A DNA stretch of 64,000 nucleotides from Candidatus Kaiserbacteria bacterium RIFCSPHIGHO2_01_FULL_53_29 (GTDB lineage Bacteria; Patescibacteriota; Minisyncoccia; Phycocordibacterales; UBA2100): positions 3,630 through 67,629 of the forward strand of contig MFKT01000001.1 in the NCBI GenBank assembly GCA_001781125.1, given 5' to 3'. The notes beneath the pieces are model-generated. The model ran no database searches and was not told where the DNA came from. It saw only the letters and a list, made by a program, of their open reading frames with translations. Below are positions 25,588 to 35,114 of the stretch, one piece after another. Position 1 is the first letter of the stretch. Each line of letters opens with the position of its first letter. Made by a program: the position numbers and the translations under genes.

Positions 25588-28407
25588 ATGCCTCCCATGA
25601 TGGAGAAGCCGCGTGTTGCGGCACCAGAGAAATTTAAATCTCCCGAAGAGGAGTTGGCCTATTTGCGCGAGCGGGTGCGGGAAAAAGAGTCGGAAATGGA
25701 AGCGCCGGATAATCGCTTCGAGAGTGACCGCATCGCGAAACGCGAAGTTGCCGCATATGCCGATACGCCGGCGGCGACCATCCTTCACGAGACGGTGGTC
25801 ATGGCTGAGCACGACATTCTCAAAAATGTCCTCAAGCTCGAACCGGAAACTCACGACAAGCAGGTAGACGAGATTTTGAAACTGGTCGCCGAGCGCGGGA
25901 TCAGGAACGCACTTTCGGTTGCCGCACGGATGAAGAATCCGCATTTGGAAGATGATATTCACCGCGCGCTCGTGCGCTACCTTGCGGAAGGCCTGCCCGA
26001 TAAAGGGATGGGGGTTCCGGAGAAAGTGCGCCGCGCGCTCAATATGGTGCTGTTCGAGATTCAGCCGCAGGCGTATGGTGAGGATACTACGCGCAGTCGT
26101 GATCAATACAAACTTGAGCAGATGCTCTCGTCAACTGAACAGCTTTATGCGGGGCTCACCTCACTTATCGATCCGCACGAGGGATTTTCACTTGAGATCG
26201 CTGTACAAGAGGGCACCGAAGAAGCGTTTTTATACCTCGCGGTGCCGCGGGTGAAAAAAGTCCTCGCGGAGCGCCTTATTTCTTCCGTTTTCCCCAACGC
26301 GCACATGTCGGAATCACGCGGCGACTACAACATCTTCAATTACGAAGGCGAGCATGCCGCAGCCTACGCTACTCTTGCTGAACACCCCTCGCTGCCCCTG
26401 AAGACGCCCGAGCTTTTTGAGCACGACCCTATGAATATTCTTCTTGCTGCGTTCGCGAAGATCGCGAAGCACGGCGAGGGAGCTGCGCTTCAGATCACGG
26501 TCTCGACCGAAGGTGACCGTTACAACCTTCACTACAAGAAAATCCTGCGTCAGCTCGAGAAAGGCAAGATCTTTCACAAAGCCATCAGGATCCCCGAGAC
26601 GACGATTATGGAAGCGGTTTACGTGATGACAAAGAAAGTATTCATGCCCAAGGAGTATGAAATGGAGGTTGAAAAACAGTTTCGCCGCACGAGCGATCAA
26701 GTGGCAACCGAGGAGATTACCAAAAAACTCAAAAGTCGTATCGCGCCGGTTTCGATCCGTATCGTTGCATCGGCGCCCACCAAGTCTCGTGCGCAGGAAA
26801 TTTTGGATAATCTGAAGGCGCCATTCAACCAATACGACGATCCGAGAGGTAACCAACTGAAATTTAAAGATATAGGCAGCTGGGGACTGACTGATTTTTT
26901 GCGCAGTTTTACCTATCGCGAATTTGACCACTCGATCTCGATGCCGCTCTCGCTCGCTGAAGTGACCTCGATGTTTCACTTTACGGCAGAGCGCCTCACG
27001 ACCTCGCGAGAGCTCAAGCGCAGCTTTGCCAAGCAAGCCCCCGCGCCGATCGAGACTCCCGCAGATGGCATTACGATCGGTATCAACAAATATGGCGCGG
27101 ACGAAACCCCCGTGCACTTCGGGGCAAGCGATAGGCTGCGACACGCGTACGTGATAGGGCAGACGGGTACGGGAAAGACCGGATTCCTCAAGAATATGAT
27201 CATCCAAGATATCAAGAACGGCGAAGGCATTGCATTTATCGATCCACACGGCAACGACATTGAGGATATACTCGCGTGTATCCCGAGAGAGCGTATGCAG
27301 GACGTAATTTATTTCGATCCCGCCTACACCGCGCGACCGATGGGCCTCAACATGCTCGAGTACGACCGCTCGAAGCCCGAAATGAAGACGTTCGTCGTCG
27401 ATGAAGTGTATGGCATCTTCCGCAAACTCTACGCCGATGTGCCCGAGGCTTTCGGTCCGATGTTCGAGCAGTATTACCGCAACGCCGTGCAGCTTGTCGT
27501 TGAAGATCCCGATACCGGCAGTACATTTGTCGAGATCCCGCGCGTATTCGCCGATACCGCATTCCGCAATCTCAAGCTCTCGCACTGCAATAACCCCATC
27601 ATCGTACAATTCTGGCGCAAGATCGCGGAGCAAGCACAAGGTGATCCCAGTCTCGAAAATGTCGCTCCCTACATCACGAGCAAATTCGACGTCTTCCTCA
27701 CCAACGACATTATGCGGCCGATCGTAGCCCAAGAAAAATCGGCATTCAATTTCCGCGAGATCATGGACAAGAAGAAGATATTTCTCGCGAATCTCTCCAA
27801 GGGGCGTTTGGGCGATCGTAATACCTCGCTTCTCGGCCTCATTCTCGTTTCCAAATTCCTGCAGGCTGCTTTCTCGCGCGTCGATACCCGTGGCGATGTG
27901 TTACCCGTCTTCTATCTCTACATCGACGAGTTCCAAAACTTCGCGACACCGAGTATCGCAACCATTCTCTCCGAAGCCCGCAAATACAAACTTTCGCTCA
28001 CCATCGCGCACCAATTCATTGCCCAGCTTGAAGAAGACATTCGCGATTCGGTCATCGGCAACGTGGGCACCAAGGCAGCCTTTCGCATCGGCACGCAGGA
28101 TGCTGAATTTTTGGAGAAGCAGTTCACGCCGATCTTTATGCAGCAGGACCTTGAGAACCTTCCTAACAGAACCGCGGTCCTCTCGCTTCTGGTCAATGGC
28201 GTCCCCGCGCGGCCCTTCACCATACAAACGCAAGACCTTCCTACGATGGACTACAGCAAGACGGATGCTATGAAGGAACTTTCATACGCGACCTACGGGA
28301 AGGATAGGGAAGAGGTGGAAGCCGACATCCGCCGCAAGTTCGAAGCCGCCTACGGCAAAAAGCCCGCTCCACTGGTGCCCGAATCCCCTACACCGTTGTA
28401 TCAATAG
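25588..28407 (+). CDS. Large P-loop NTPase of the TraD/VirD4/HerA-FtsK-like (DUF87-like) superfamily with a long N-terminal non-ATPase region
   Basis: Walker A IGQTGTGKTGFLKNMI and a Walker B-like VFYLYIDEFQNF. This architecture is typical of T4SS coupling-protein or archaeal-type HerA-like ATPases. The 939-aa ORF has a large antisense shadow ORF (26314..27732) inside it. Confidence 0.6.
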   Translation: MPPMMEKPRVAAPEKFKSPEEELAYLRERVREKESEMEAPDNRFESDRIAKREVAAYADTPAATILHETVVMAEHDILKNVLKLEPETHDKQVDEILKLVAERGIRNALSVAARMKNPHLEDDIHRALVRYLAEGLPDKGMGVPEKVRRALNMVLFEIQPQAYGEDTTRSRDQYKLEQMLSSTEQLYAGLTSLIDPHEGFSLEIAVQEGTEEAFLYLAVPRVKKVLAERLISSVFPNAHMSESRGDYNIFNYEGEHAAAYATLAEHPSLPLKTPELFEHDPMNILLAAFAKIAKHGEGAALQITVSTEGDRYNLHYKKILRQLEKGKIFHKAIRIPETTIMEAVYVMTKKVFMPKEYEMEVEKQFRRTSDQVATEEITKKLKSRIAPVSIRIVASAPTKSRAQEILDNLKAPFNQYDDPRGNQLKFKDIGSWGLTDFLRSFTYREFDHSISMPLSLAEVTSMFHFTAERLTTSRELKRSFAKQAPAPIETPADGITIGINKYGADETPVHFGASDRLRHAYVIGQTGTGKTGFLKNMIIQDIKNGEGIAFIDPHGNDIEDILACIPRERMQDVIYFDPAYTARPMGLNMLEYDRSKPEMKTFVVDEVYGIFRKLYADVPEAFGPMFEQYYRNAVQLVVEDPDTGSTFVEIPRVFADTAFRNLKLSHCNNPIIVQFWRKIAEQAQGDPSLENVAPYITSKFDVFLTNDIMRPIVAQEKSAFNFREIMDKKKIFLANLSKGRLGDRNTSLLGLILVSKFLQAAFSRVDTRGDVLPVFYLYIDEFQNFATPSIATILSEARKYKLSLTIAHQFIAQLEEDIRDSVIGNVGTKAAFRIGTQDAEFLEKQFTPIFMQQDLENLPNRTAVLSLLVNGVPARPFTIQTQDLPTMDYSKTDAMKELSYATYGKDREEVEADIRRKFEAAYGKKPAPLVPESPTPLYQ

Positions 28408-28443
28408 TTTCGTTTGCCCCTCAAACGTGATACATTATCGCTC

Positions 28444-29046
28444 ATGGAACATCCGAAAGACGAACGAACGCTGGTCATCATCAAACCCGATGGCGTGCAG
28501 CGCGGGCTCATAGGAGAAATAATAAAACGATATGAGCGCACGGGCCTCAAGATGGTCGCTCTGCGATTTGGCGTCGCGGATGAGAAGAAATTTTGGGAGC
28601 ACTACAACAAAGACGACGCGTGGTTCTTGAAAAAAGGATCGAAAATTGTGGAAGATAAGAAAGCCAACGGCCTGCCTGCGGACAAAGAGCCGCTCGAGTA
28701 CGGCAAAGACATCATCCGGCAGCTCGTGAAATTCATGACAAGCGGCCCGACCATATTTATGGTCTGGGAGGGCAATCAGGCGGTCGCAGTTGTGAAGAAA
28801 TTGACGGGCGACACCGAGCCGGCTACCTCGGATGTGGGAACGATCCGCGGCGATCTCACACTCGACTCGTACACCATCGCGGCGGTGGACGATCGCGCGG
28901 TGCGCAACCTGATCCACTGTTCCGAGAATGTCGACGAAGCGAAACGCGAACTTGCGATTTGGTTTACCGACGCAGAAATCACTGAATACCGTCTCGTCAC
29001 CGAGCAAATTTTGTACGACGTGAACCTTGATGGTATCCTTGAATAA
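28444..29046 (+). CDS. ndk: Nucleoside diphosphate kinase (with an internal insertion)
   Basis: ERTLVIIKPDGVQRGLIGEIIKRYERTGLKMVAL...NLIHCSENVDEAKRELAIWF matches NDK. The active-site His context is at the NxxH motif. Confidence 0.85.
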   Translation: MEHPKDERTLVIIKPDGVQRGLIGEIIKRYERTGLKMVALRFGVADEKKFWEHYNKDDAWFLKKGSKIVEDKKANGLPADKEPLEYGKDIIRQLVKFMTSGPTIFMVWEGNQAVAVVKKLTGDTEPATSDVGTIRGDLTLDSYTIAAVDDRAVRNLIHCSENVDEAKRELAIWFTDAEITEYRLVTEQILYDVNLDGILE

Positions 29047-29058
29047 TTTCCTTCACAC

Positions 29059-29085
29059 TTGCTTCTTTTAGGGCGGTGGTATAAT
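29059..29085 (+). promoter_or_regulatory. Candidate promoter with an extended -10 (TTGCTT..TGgTATAAT)
   Basis: Read directly from the sequence. It would give a roughly 165-nt structured leader before the 29257 gene. Confidence 0.3.
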
Positions 29086-29208
29086 CGGAGATAGCGGTAG
29101 GTATAACACCTGCTGGTGCTATAAAGGGAGCTCGAATCGCTCTACGCTTTGGTGTAGATGCTGAGAGCACCCACCTGGTTTCACCCAGGCTTGCCGTACT
29201 TGCCGCTT

Positions 29209-29240
29209 CCGAAAAGTCCTGCGATGAGCAGGACTTTTGG
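29209..29240 (+). other. Near-perfect 12-bp stem-loop (CCGAAAAGTCCTGC-GATGA-GCAGGACTTTTGG) 17 nt upstream of the next start codon
   Basis: Read directly from the sequence. It could be an ndk terminator with an embedded U-tract, or a leader or attenuator structure. Confidence 0.4.
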
Positions 29241-29256
29241 GTGCTAAAATCGTTCG

Positions 29257-30636
29257 ATGGCATCAAAAATCACATTTCATGGCGGTGCGGGGACGGTGAC
29301 GGGAGCGGATTTTCTTTTGGATACCGGTTCTAGCAAAATATTGATCGATTGCGGCGTCTTGCAGCGCGAGCCCCGCTATGAGCGGGGCGAACACGTGTGC
29401 GACACGGCAAATGCTGCCGCCTTCCCATACGATCCGAAAGACATCGATGTACTTGTGGTGACGCACGCGCATGCCGACCACATCGGGCGCATCCCGAAGC
29501 TCGTGCGTGATGGATTTAAGGGTGCAATACATTCGACAGCCGCCACAAAGGACCTCACGGCTCTGATGTTCGACGATGCGCTCAATGTGATGCACGAAGA
29601 GGCGAAGCGTCATGGCTGCCAATTACTGTATGAAAAAGAGGATGTGGAGCGCACGCTTTCACTGTGGCATGTACACGAATACCATGAGGTATTTTCGATA
29701 GGGGACGTATCCGTTGAACTTCTTGATGCGGGACATATCCTGGGCTCGGCGATGATCCGTGTCAAACGCGGTGAGAAAAGCATTATTTTCACCGGCGACC
29801 TCGGCAATTCCCCCGAGCCCCTCTTGCACGACACAGAAGATCCAACGGGCGCGGAGTATCTTGTAATGGAAAGCGTGTATGGTGACCGGCTGCATGAGGG
29901 GCGTAAAGAGCGGCGGGAACACTTACGAGCTTCCGTGGAAGGAACGCGGGCACGAAGGGGCGTTTTGCTCATCCCCTCATTTTCGATCGAACGCACGCAA
30001 GTGCTTCTGTACGAGCTCAATGCAATGATAGAAGAGCGGATCATGCATCCAATCCCCGTCTACCTCGACGCGCCGCTTGCGATACGGGTCACCGACGTGT
30101 TCCGGAAACATTCGAACCTCTTGAATCCGGCAGCACGAGAACATTTTGAGCATGGCGCCGACCCGTTCTCCTTCAAACATCTCACCCTCACACGGCACAC
30201 CGGCGAATCGCAGGCAATCCACAAGGCGCCAAATCCGAAGATCATCATTGCCGGCGCAGGAATGTCCGGGGGCGGCCGCATCCGTGAGCACGAAAAGTAC
30301 TATCTGGGCGACAAACATGCGACTGTTCTTTTCGTCGGCTATCAAGCACCCGGCTCTTTGGGCCGGCACATTCAGGACGGAGCAAAAAAAGTGGAGATCG
30401 ACCGCGGACATATCCGTATCCGTGCACGAATTGAGACACTTTCCGGATACTCCGGCCATGCCGACCGTGATCAGCTGCTCAATTTTGTAGAGAATGCGGG
30501 AGAAGGACTCCGGCGGGTGTTCGTTACAATGGGCGAGCCCAAGGCGTCGCTTTTTCTTGCGCAGCGTATCCGTGATTTTCTCGGAGTGGACACAGTTGTG
30601 CCGGAAGCGGGAGAATTTTTTGATATTGAGTGGTAA
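29257..30636 (+). CDS. Beta-CASP family MBL-fold ribonuclease (RNase J/CPSF-like)
   Basis: VVTHAHADHIG (HxHxDH) metallo-beta-lactamase motif, followed by beta-CASP region motifs (ESVYGDR, GHADRDQL). Confidence 0.8.
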   Translation: MASKITFHGGAGTVTGADFLLDTGSSKILIDCGVLQREPRYERGEHVCDTANAAAFPYDPKDIDVLVVTHAHADHIGRIPKLVRDGFKGAIHSTAATKDLTALMFDDALNVMHEEAKRHGCQLLYEKEDVERTLSLWHVHEYHEVFSIGDVSVELLDAGHILGSAMIRVKRGEKSIIFTGDLGNSPEPLLHDTEDPTGAEYLVMESVYGDRLHEGRKERREHLRASVEGTRARRGVLLIPSFSIERTQVLLYELNAMIEERIMHPIPVYLDAPLAIRVTDVFRKHSNLLNPAAREHFEHGADPFSFKHLTLTRHTGESQAIHKAPNPKIIIAGAGMSGGGRIREHEKYYLGDKHATVLFVGYQAPGSLGRHIQDGAKKVEIDRGHIRIRARIETLSGYSGHADRDQLLNFVENAGEGLRRVFVTMGEPKASLFLAQRIRDFLGVDTVVPEAGEFFDIEW

Positions 30637-30685
30637 GGGGGTGCTCGACGGATGTTATCTTTTTCCGTCGCTATTCTAGCGGCTG

Positions 30686-31471
30686 GTGCCGCAGCGCTCG
30701 GTCTCGCCGCCGACGCGGCTGCGAAGCCGGAAAAAGACAACACCCGCACTCGCTTTTACTGGAAAATTCAATGATACAATCTTCTTCATGGGAAAAAGGA
30801 ATCTCCATCCAAACCACACGGCACCACCGCTCAATTTTTGTCGACTGCCCGACGGCTACGGCGTCGTGAAGATCGGCATCTCGGGCGCAGCCGAGACTGG
30901 TGCATGCGGGCTCGATGCATATGAGAAGGCAAAGGAGTTGGGACGTGAGATCGCAAAGCAGGGTAGCATCATCACCACGGGTGCCACGACCGGATTTCCC
31001 ATGTACGCCGCGATGGGCGCGAAGGACGAGTGCGGTTTCTCTATTGGTTTTTCGCCCGCCGCGAACGAACGCGAACATGTCGAGACATACAAACTCCCGC
31101 TTGAATTCATGGATGTCATTGTATATACGGGCTTCGGCTATGCGGGGCGCGATCTGCTCTTTGTGCGCTCCTCCGACGCAATGATTATCGGGTGCGGACG
31201 CATCGGGACCCTCAACGAATTTGCGGTTGCGTTCGAAGATCGCCGCCCCATCGGCATTCTCGAAGGCACATGGGAGACTGATGAGATTCTGCGGCACGTC
31301 ATCAAAGAAGCGCACCGGCCCAACAAAAAGATCGTCTTCGACTCTGATCCCAAGGCACTCGTCGAGAGGCTCATCGAAATGGTAACCAAAGAAAAGGAGA
31401 CGACGATGCTCGTCTACAACAACCATGACAGCCGGAGTGCCTCCGGCAAAAATCAGGAGGTGGTTTTGTAA
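30686..31471 (+). CDS. LOG/TIGR00725-family Rossmann-fold protein (the start may be the internal ATG near 30789)
   Basis: VKIGISGAAETG...AKELGREIAKQGSIITTGATTGFPMYAAMGAKDECGFSIGFSP is typical of the TIGR00725/LOG-like family. Confidence 0.65.
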   Translation: MPQRSVSPPTRLRSRKKTTPALAFTGKFNDTIFFMGKRNLHPNHTAPPLNFCRLPDGYGVVKIGISGAAETGACGLDAYEKAKELGREIAKQGSIITTGATTGFPMYAAMGAKDECGFSIGFSPAANEREHVETYKLPLEFMDVIVYTGFGYAGRDLLFVRSSDAMIIGCGRIGTLNEFAVAFEDRRPIGILEGTWETDEILRHVIKEAHRPNKKIVFDSDPKALVERLIEMVTKEKETTMLVYNNHDSRSASGKNQEVVL

Positions 31472-31481
31472 ACTTTCCCGT

Positions 31482-31829
31482 CTAGCCGTGGAGCTGTTTC
31501 GTCAGCCGTTCGAACACTGCAGGATGGTCTTTGGCGAGTTCGGAGAGAACCTTGCGGTCGAGGGGGATGTTGGCTTTCTTGAGTGCGCCGATGAATTTGG
31601 AATACGAGAACCCGAGCGGGCGCACGGCGGCATTGATGCGGAGTGTCCAAAGATTGCGAAATTCGCGTTTCTTTGCGCGGCGGTGACGGAACGCATGTGC
31701 GCCGGCATGGCGGATCGCTTCCTTGGCAACCCGCTCCTTGCGCGAACGATCGAAACGATAGCCTTTGGTCTGGGCCAGAATATTCTTGCGCCGCTTATTC
31801 TTTTGTACACCCCGTTTTACTCTCGACAT
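31482..31829 (-). CDS. rplT: 50S ribosomal protein L20
   Basis: MSRVKRGVQKNKRRKNILAQTKGYRFDRSRKERVAKEAIRHAGAHAFRHRRAKKREFRNLW matches L20. Confidence 0.92.
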   Translation of the reverse strand: MSRVKRGVQKNKRRKNILAQTKGYRFDRSRKERVAKEAIRHAGAHAFRHRRAKKREFRNLWTLRINAAVRPLGFSYSKFIGALKKANIPLDRKVLSELAKDHPAVFERLTKQLHG

Positions 31830-31836
31830 AAATTAC

Positions 31837-31858
31837 TTGTAGTGAGCTAGTCGAACTA
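31837..31858 (-). promoter_or_regulatory. Third copy (minus strand) of the intercistronic motif TAGTTCGACTAGCTCACTACAA, starting at the rpmI stop codon and preceding rplT
   Basis: Reverse complement of plus-strand 31837-31858. Confidence 0.5.
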
Positions 31859-32038
31859 ATTCGGCAAAAACCGACTGCGGTTTTGTGGTGTCATTTGCAT
31901 GCTGCTGGCGCGATTGTTGCGCATCTTCTCGCTGCCGGAGCGCTTGGCATTGAAGTGATTGTGCCCGGGCACCCGCGAAACGATCTTGCCCCGACGCGTT
32001 ACCCGCAGGCGCTTGCTGAATGATTTGTTGGTTTTCAT
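31856..32038 (-). CDS. rpmI: 50S ribosomal protein L35
   Basis: MKTNKSFSKRLRVTRRGKIVSRVPGHNHFNAKRS matches L35, in the canonical position upstream of rplT. Confidence 0.88.
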   Translation of the reverse strand: MKTNKSFSKRLRVTRRGKIVSRVPGHNHFNAKRSGSEKMRNNRASSMQMTPQNRSRFLPN

Positions 32039-32140
32039 GGAAAAACCGCACTTCGGCGGTCAGGGCATTATGCCCGAAAGGGGACAAAAAGCAAATTCGT
32101 GTACGTCCGGTCCCTTTGGCACTCCTCGGCTGATAGATGG

Positions 32141-34204
32141 CTAGCGATAGCGATAGTACGGGAGTTGTGGGTAGTTTGTTCCAAACAAGTAGTTTGAGAA
32201 AGCTCTACCAGCATTGAATCCGCCTAGGATTTGATTTGTCACGAAAGCATCGACGTTGCCTATGTTTGGTGGCAGACTGACACGGTTACCAATCAGTGAA
32301 TCCGGTACCCGGTTTGCGATGGGTACGGGGTCAAGAGTTGAAACTTCCCTGTAGTAGTCGTAGTTGGTGCGGTTTGGCTCTGCGGGTGTCTCTCCGAGCA
32401 GTGGAGAAGATGCCTGTATTCCCGAGGATCCGTCGGGATTTACGAACGTTGCTCTGGGGGCTTCCGCACGACCATCGAAAGAGGGAGGGAGTTGACCATT
32501 ACTATTGCCATTTGTGAAGTTAGAGCTCCCTGAATCGTTCGACTCCGGCGCAAGGCCAAATCCTGGTCTGTTACTAAACTCTTGCGGTGAGAAGTTTTGA
32601 GCGTCTGTTACGTAGCTAGGAAATTCATTGGGTCCGGTCGTCACATACGGATTCAGCGGCAAATTGTCACCCGCGTTCGCGTAGAATAAATCGTTCGGTT
32701 GACCCGACTGAGCGGGCGGCGCCCACGGGGCATCAAAGGGGCCGTAAGTCGAAACGTCACTGTTCGGCCCGAATGTATCAATTCCCGACACCTCCACATC
32801 CCTCCATGAGCTGAGAGTCGTTTGCATACACATGCCGCAACTATTCTCGAAACTACGTTCGGGTTGTGGGGACACTTGGTCAGGAGCAAGTAATTGATTT
32901 TGCGTTTCCGCTCCATCGCTTGAACCGGTCTTGTATATTGTATCGGGATTCTCGAGCATATCCCTACGCGGGTTAGGGCTCTCATTCGCTAGCTCTTGAT
33001 TTTGTGATTGAGCCTCCAAGGAACTTCGATCATTGGTCGGCAGGTCTTCGGTGGGGGGAGGGGTTGGAAGATCCGCCGCATTCTCATTGACCATCAGGAC
33101 TTCGGCTCGTTGGAGTTCATCCATCGATTGAAATTCGGTAGACTGGTCCAGCTGAATACTCTCTAGTCCGGATGTATCGGCTTGGTTGATGCCTAAGTAG
33201 TCCATTGCCCCTTCCCATGCGCTTGCAGTTGTGTCCCGAACTGCATTCCATGTACTTGCAGCAGCATCGCGGATCGAATCTACCCATCCCGACGTCTCTT
33301 GGTTTGACGAATCGAAGCCCCCCGTTTGCTCCTGTGAGAAAGTACTCCCGGAAGAAAACTGCTGCGTCATCGTGTATGCGCCGCTCCTCTTGAAGGCTTC
33401 TTCGGCATCACTTCCGCCGACACCACTACCACTCTGTTCAGCCATGAGGCGCTGGATATTCTCAGGGGCCACACCCTGGGTCGGTTGCGCGTTTTGCGGT
33501 ATCGACGCTTCGTCCTGATAATCCTCTCCTCCATATTCGTCGGCATCGCTTTCAATGTCACTGAATGATCCATTTTCAGGTAGCGGAGCTTTACTCTCCG
33601 AAGAGTCCTTCGCTTCCAAACGTGCGTCGAGTGGCTGGAGTTGGAGGTTGGCTGCACTCTGCTGCAAAGGCCCGGTATCATTCCCCCCTTTACCCGCAGC
33701 ACTCGGAATTTGCGGCGCTCCGGGAGATCCGCTACCTGCCTGTTGTGTACCACCCGGCTTGCTCCCCGGCGGTACGCATTTCCCGTCGAGCAGCTTTGTA
33801 CACTTATTGCTATGCTTCGGACCACCAACACAGCATCCCAAAATGCCGCTCTGACTGTATGCGGCTTCTGTGCATGACGATTCACAATCAGGATCTTTGG
33901 GACACTGCTCGATGCCTTTTGCCGTCTTCTCCCGGCACTTTGGTATTACGCAGTTCCGCCAATTTGTCTCGCACATATTCTTGTCTTTCTCGTTGGGATC
34001 AGTCATACATTTGTTATACGCCTGTTCGCATGCCCCGCCCGAAGTAGCTGCGGCGGCGGCGGCTTGCGCAAGAAACGCAGAGCGGTCGGGTGCAGTGCTG
34101 GTGAATTGTGTCAGACCGAAATTCGCGAGGCCGAGAATTGCCACCAATACGAGCAACGGATGAATAGCGATGTTGTCGCGCAAATTCGGACCCTCTCCAG
34201 GCAT
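32141..34204 (-). CDS. Large secreted/membrane-anchored low-complexity protein (Cys-rich N-terminal module, S/G/Q/N/P-rich remainder) inserted between infC and rpmI
   Basis: A 687-aa ORF. An N-terminal hydrophobic helix is followed by a roughly 120-aa region with about 17 Cys. The rest is polar low complexity ending in ...YPQLPYYRYR. Confidence 0.6.
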   Translation of the reverse strand: MPGEGPNLRDNIAIHPLLVLVAILGLANFGLTQFTSTAPDRSAFLAQAAAAAATSGGACEQAYNKCMTDPNEKDKNMCETNWRNCVIPKCREKTAKGIEQCPKDPDCESSCTEAAYSQSGILGCCVGGPKHSNKCTKLLDGKCVPPGSKPGGTQQAGSGSPGAPQIPSAAGKGGNDTGPLQQSAANLQLQPLDARLEAKDSSESKAPLPENGSFSDIESDADEYGGEDYQDEASIPQNAQPTQGVAPENIQRLMAEQSGSGVGGSDAEEAFKRSGAYTMTQQFSSGSTFSQEQTGGFDSSNQETSGWVDSIRDAAASTWNAVRDTTASAWEGAMDYLGINQADTSGLESIQLDQSTEFQSMDELQRAEVLMVNENAADLPTPPPTEDLPTNDRSSLEAQSQNQELANESPNPRRDMLENPDTIYKTGSSDGAETQNQLLAPDQVSPQPERSFENSCGMCMQTTLSSWRDVEVSGIDTFGPNSDVSTYGPFDAPWAPPAQSGQPNDLFYANAGDNLPLNPYVTTGPNEFPSYVTDAQNFSPQEFSNRPGFGLAPESNDSGSSNFTNGNSNGQLPPSFDGRAEAPRATFVNPDGSSGIQASSPLLGETPAEPNRTNYDYYREVSTLDPVPIANRVPDSLIGNRVSLPPNIGNVDAFVTNQILGGFNAGRAFSNYLFGTNYPQLPYYRYR

Positions 34205-34326
34205 GTCAGCATTATGACAACATTTCTAACTGTCTGATGCCCCCCTGTGTACAAGCTGATGCCCCCGCGCGGTTACGAACATCCGCACGGGAAGCATGTA
34301 TAGAGAGCTCAAGCAAGATCTGGCCA

Positions 34327-34938
34327 CTATGCGTGGTCTTCGGCTGGTGCGACAGGATCAGGCGTTTTCGGCGCCTTCGGCGCGGATGTTTTTTTGGACG
34401 GATCCCGCTCGATCGATACGGAAAGCCCCTTGAGACCCTTTTGGATCGGCTCGGCTATTTTGTAACCCTCGGGAATGACCGCAAGAAAACGCTCGAGGCG
34501 CTCCTTGAGGAAGCCAAACTCCATATACTTGTACCGGCCCCAGAGAAAAAGATCGACGCGCACGCGATGTCCCTCTTTGAGCCAGGCCGCAGCTTTGCCG
34601 GCTTTGATCTGCATGTCACGTTCGCTCGTGCCGATCTTCACCTGTGTCACTTTGGTTTCCGTCACATGCGCTTTTGATTTTATTTCCTTGTCTTTTTTCT
34701 TTTGTTCGTATTTGAATTTGCCATAATCGGTAATTTTGCACACCGGCGGCTGCGCGTTGGGGGATATCTCAATGAGGTCGAGTCCCAACTCTTGTGCCTT
34801 TGCGATAGCTGCGCTTATCGCGAGGATCCCGAAATTTTCCCCCTCTGGCCCAATGACTCGCACCTCCGGCGCGCGAATGCCCTCATTCATCCGTGCGCGA
34901 GTCTTTTCGGCCTGTGATGTGTACTTGGTGAATCCCAT
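34327..34938 (-). CDS. infC: Translation initiation factor IF-3 (with a C-terminal K/P-rich tail)
   Basis: EVRVIGPEGENFGILAISAAIAKAQELGLDLIEISPNAQPPVCKITDYGKFKYEQKKK...KEGHRVRVDLFLWGRYK matches IF3. The true start codon is uncertain; IF3 genes often use atypical starts. Confidence 0.85.
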   Translation of the reverse strand: MGFTKYTSQAEKTRARMNEGIRAPEVRVIGPEGENFGILAISAAIAKAQELGLDLIEISPNAQPPVCKITDYGKFKYEQKKKDKEIKSKAHVTETKVTQVKIGTSERDMQIKAGKAAAWLKEGHRVRVDLFLWGRYKYMEFGFLKERLERFLAVIPEGYKIAEPIQKGLKGLSVSIERDPSKKTSAPKAPKTPDPVAPAEDHA

Positions 34939-35114
34939 CCCGTTAGAGGTAGGAAGCTTGCGCTTCCGACGCGAGTATAAACTTTTGTGAGTAGAGTTTC
35001 ATCTGTTGCAAATGTATCATCCGCATACTACTACGAAACTTCCGTAACCTCTAACGGGACCCATTTGTTAGGGGGACTATAGCACGAGATAGGGGCCCGA
35101 TACAATTGTTTGCA

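Noticed and set aside
26314-27732. 472-aa minus-strand ORF
   Set aside because: It is entirely internal and antisense to the 939-aa P-loop ATPase gene, which carries clear Walker motifs. It is a typical GC-rich shadow ORF.
34237-34677. 146-aa plus-strand ORF
   Set aside because: It is antisense to infC (IF3), which has a clear family match.
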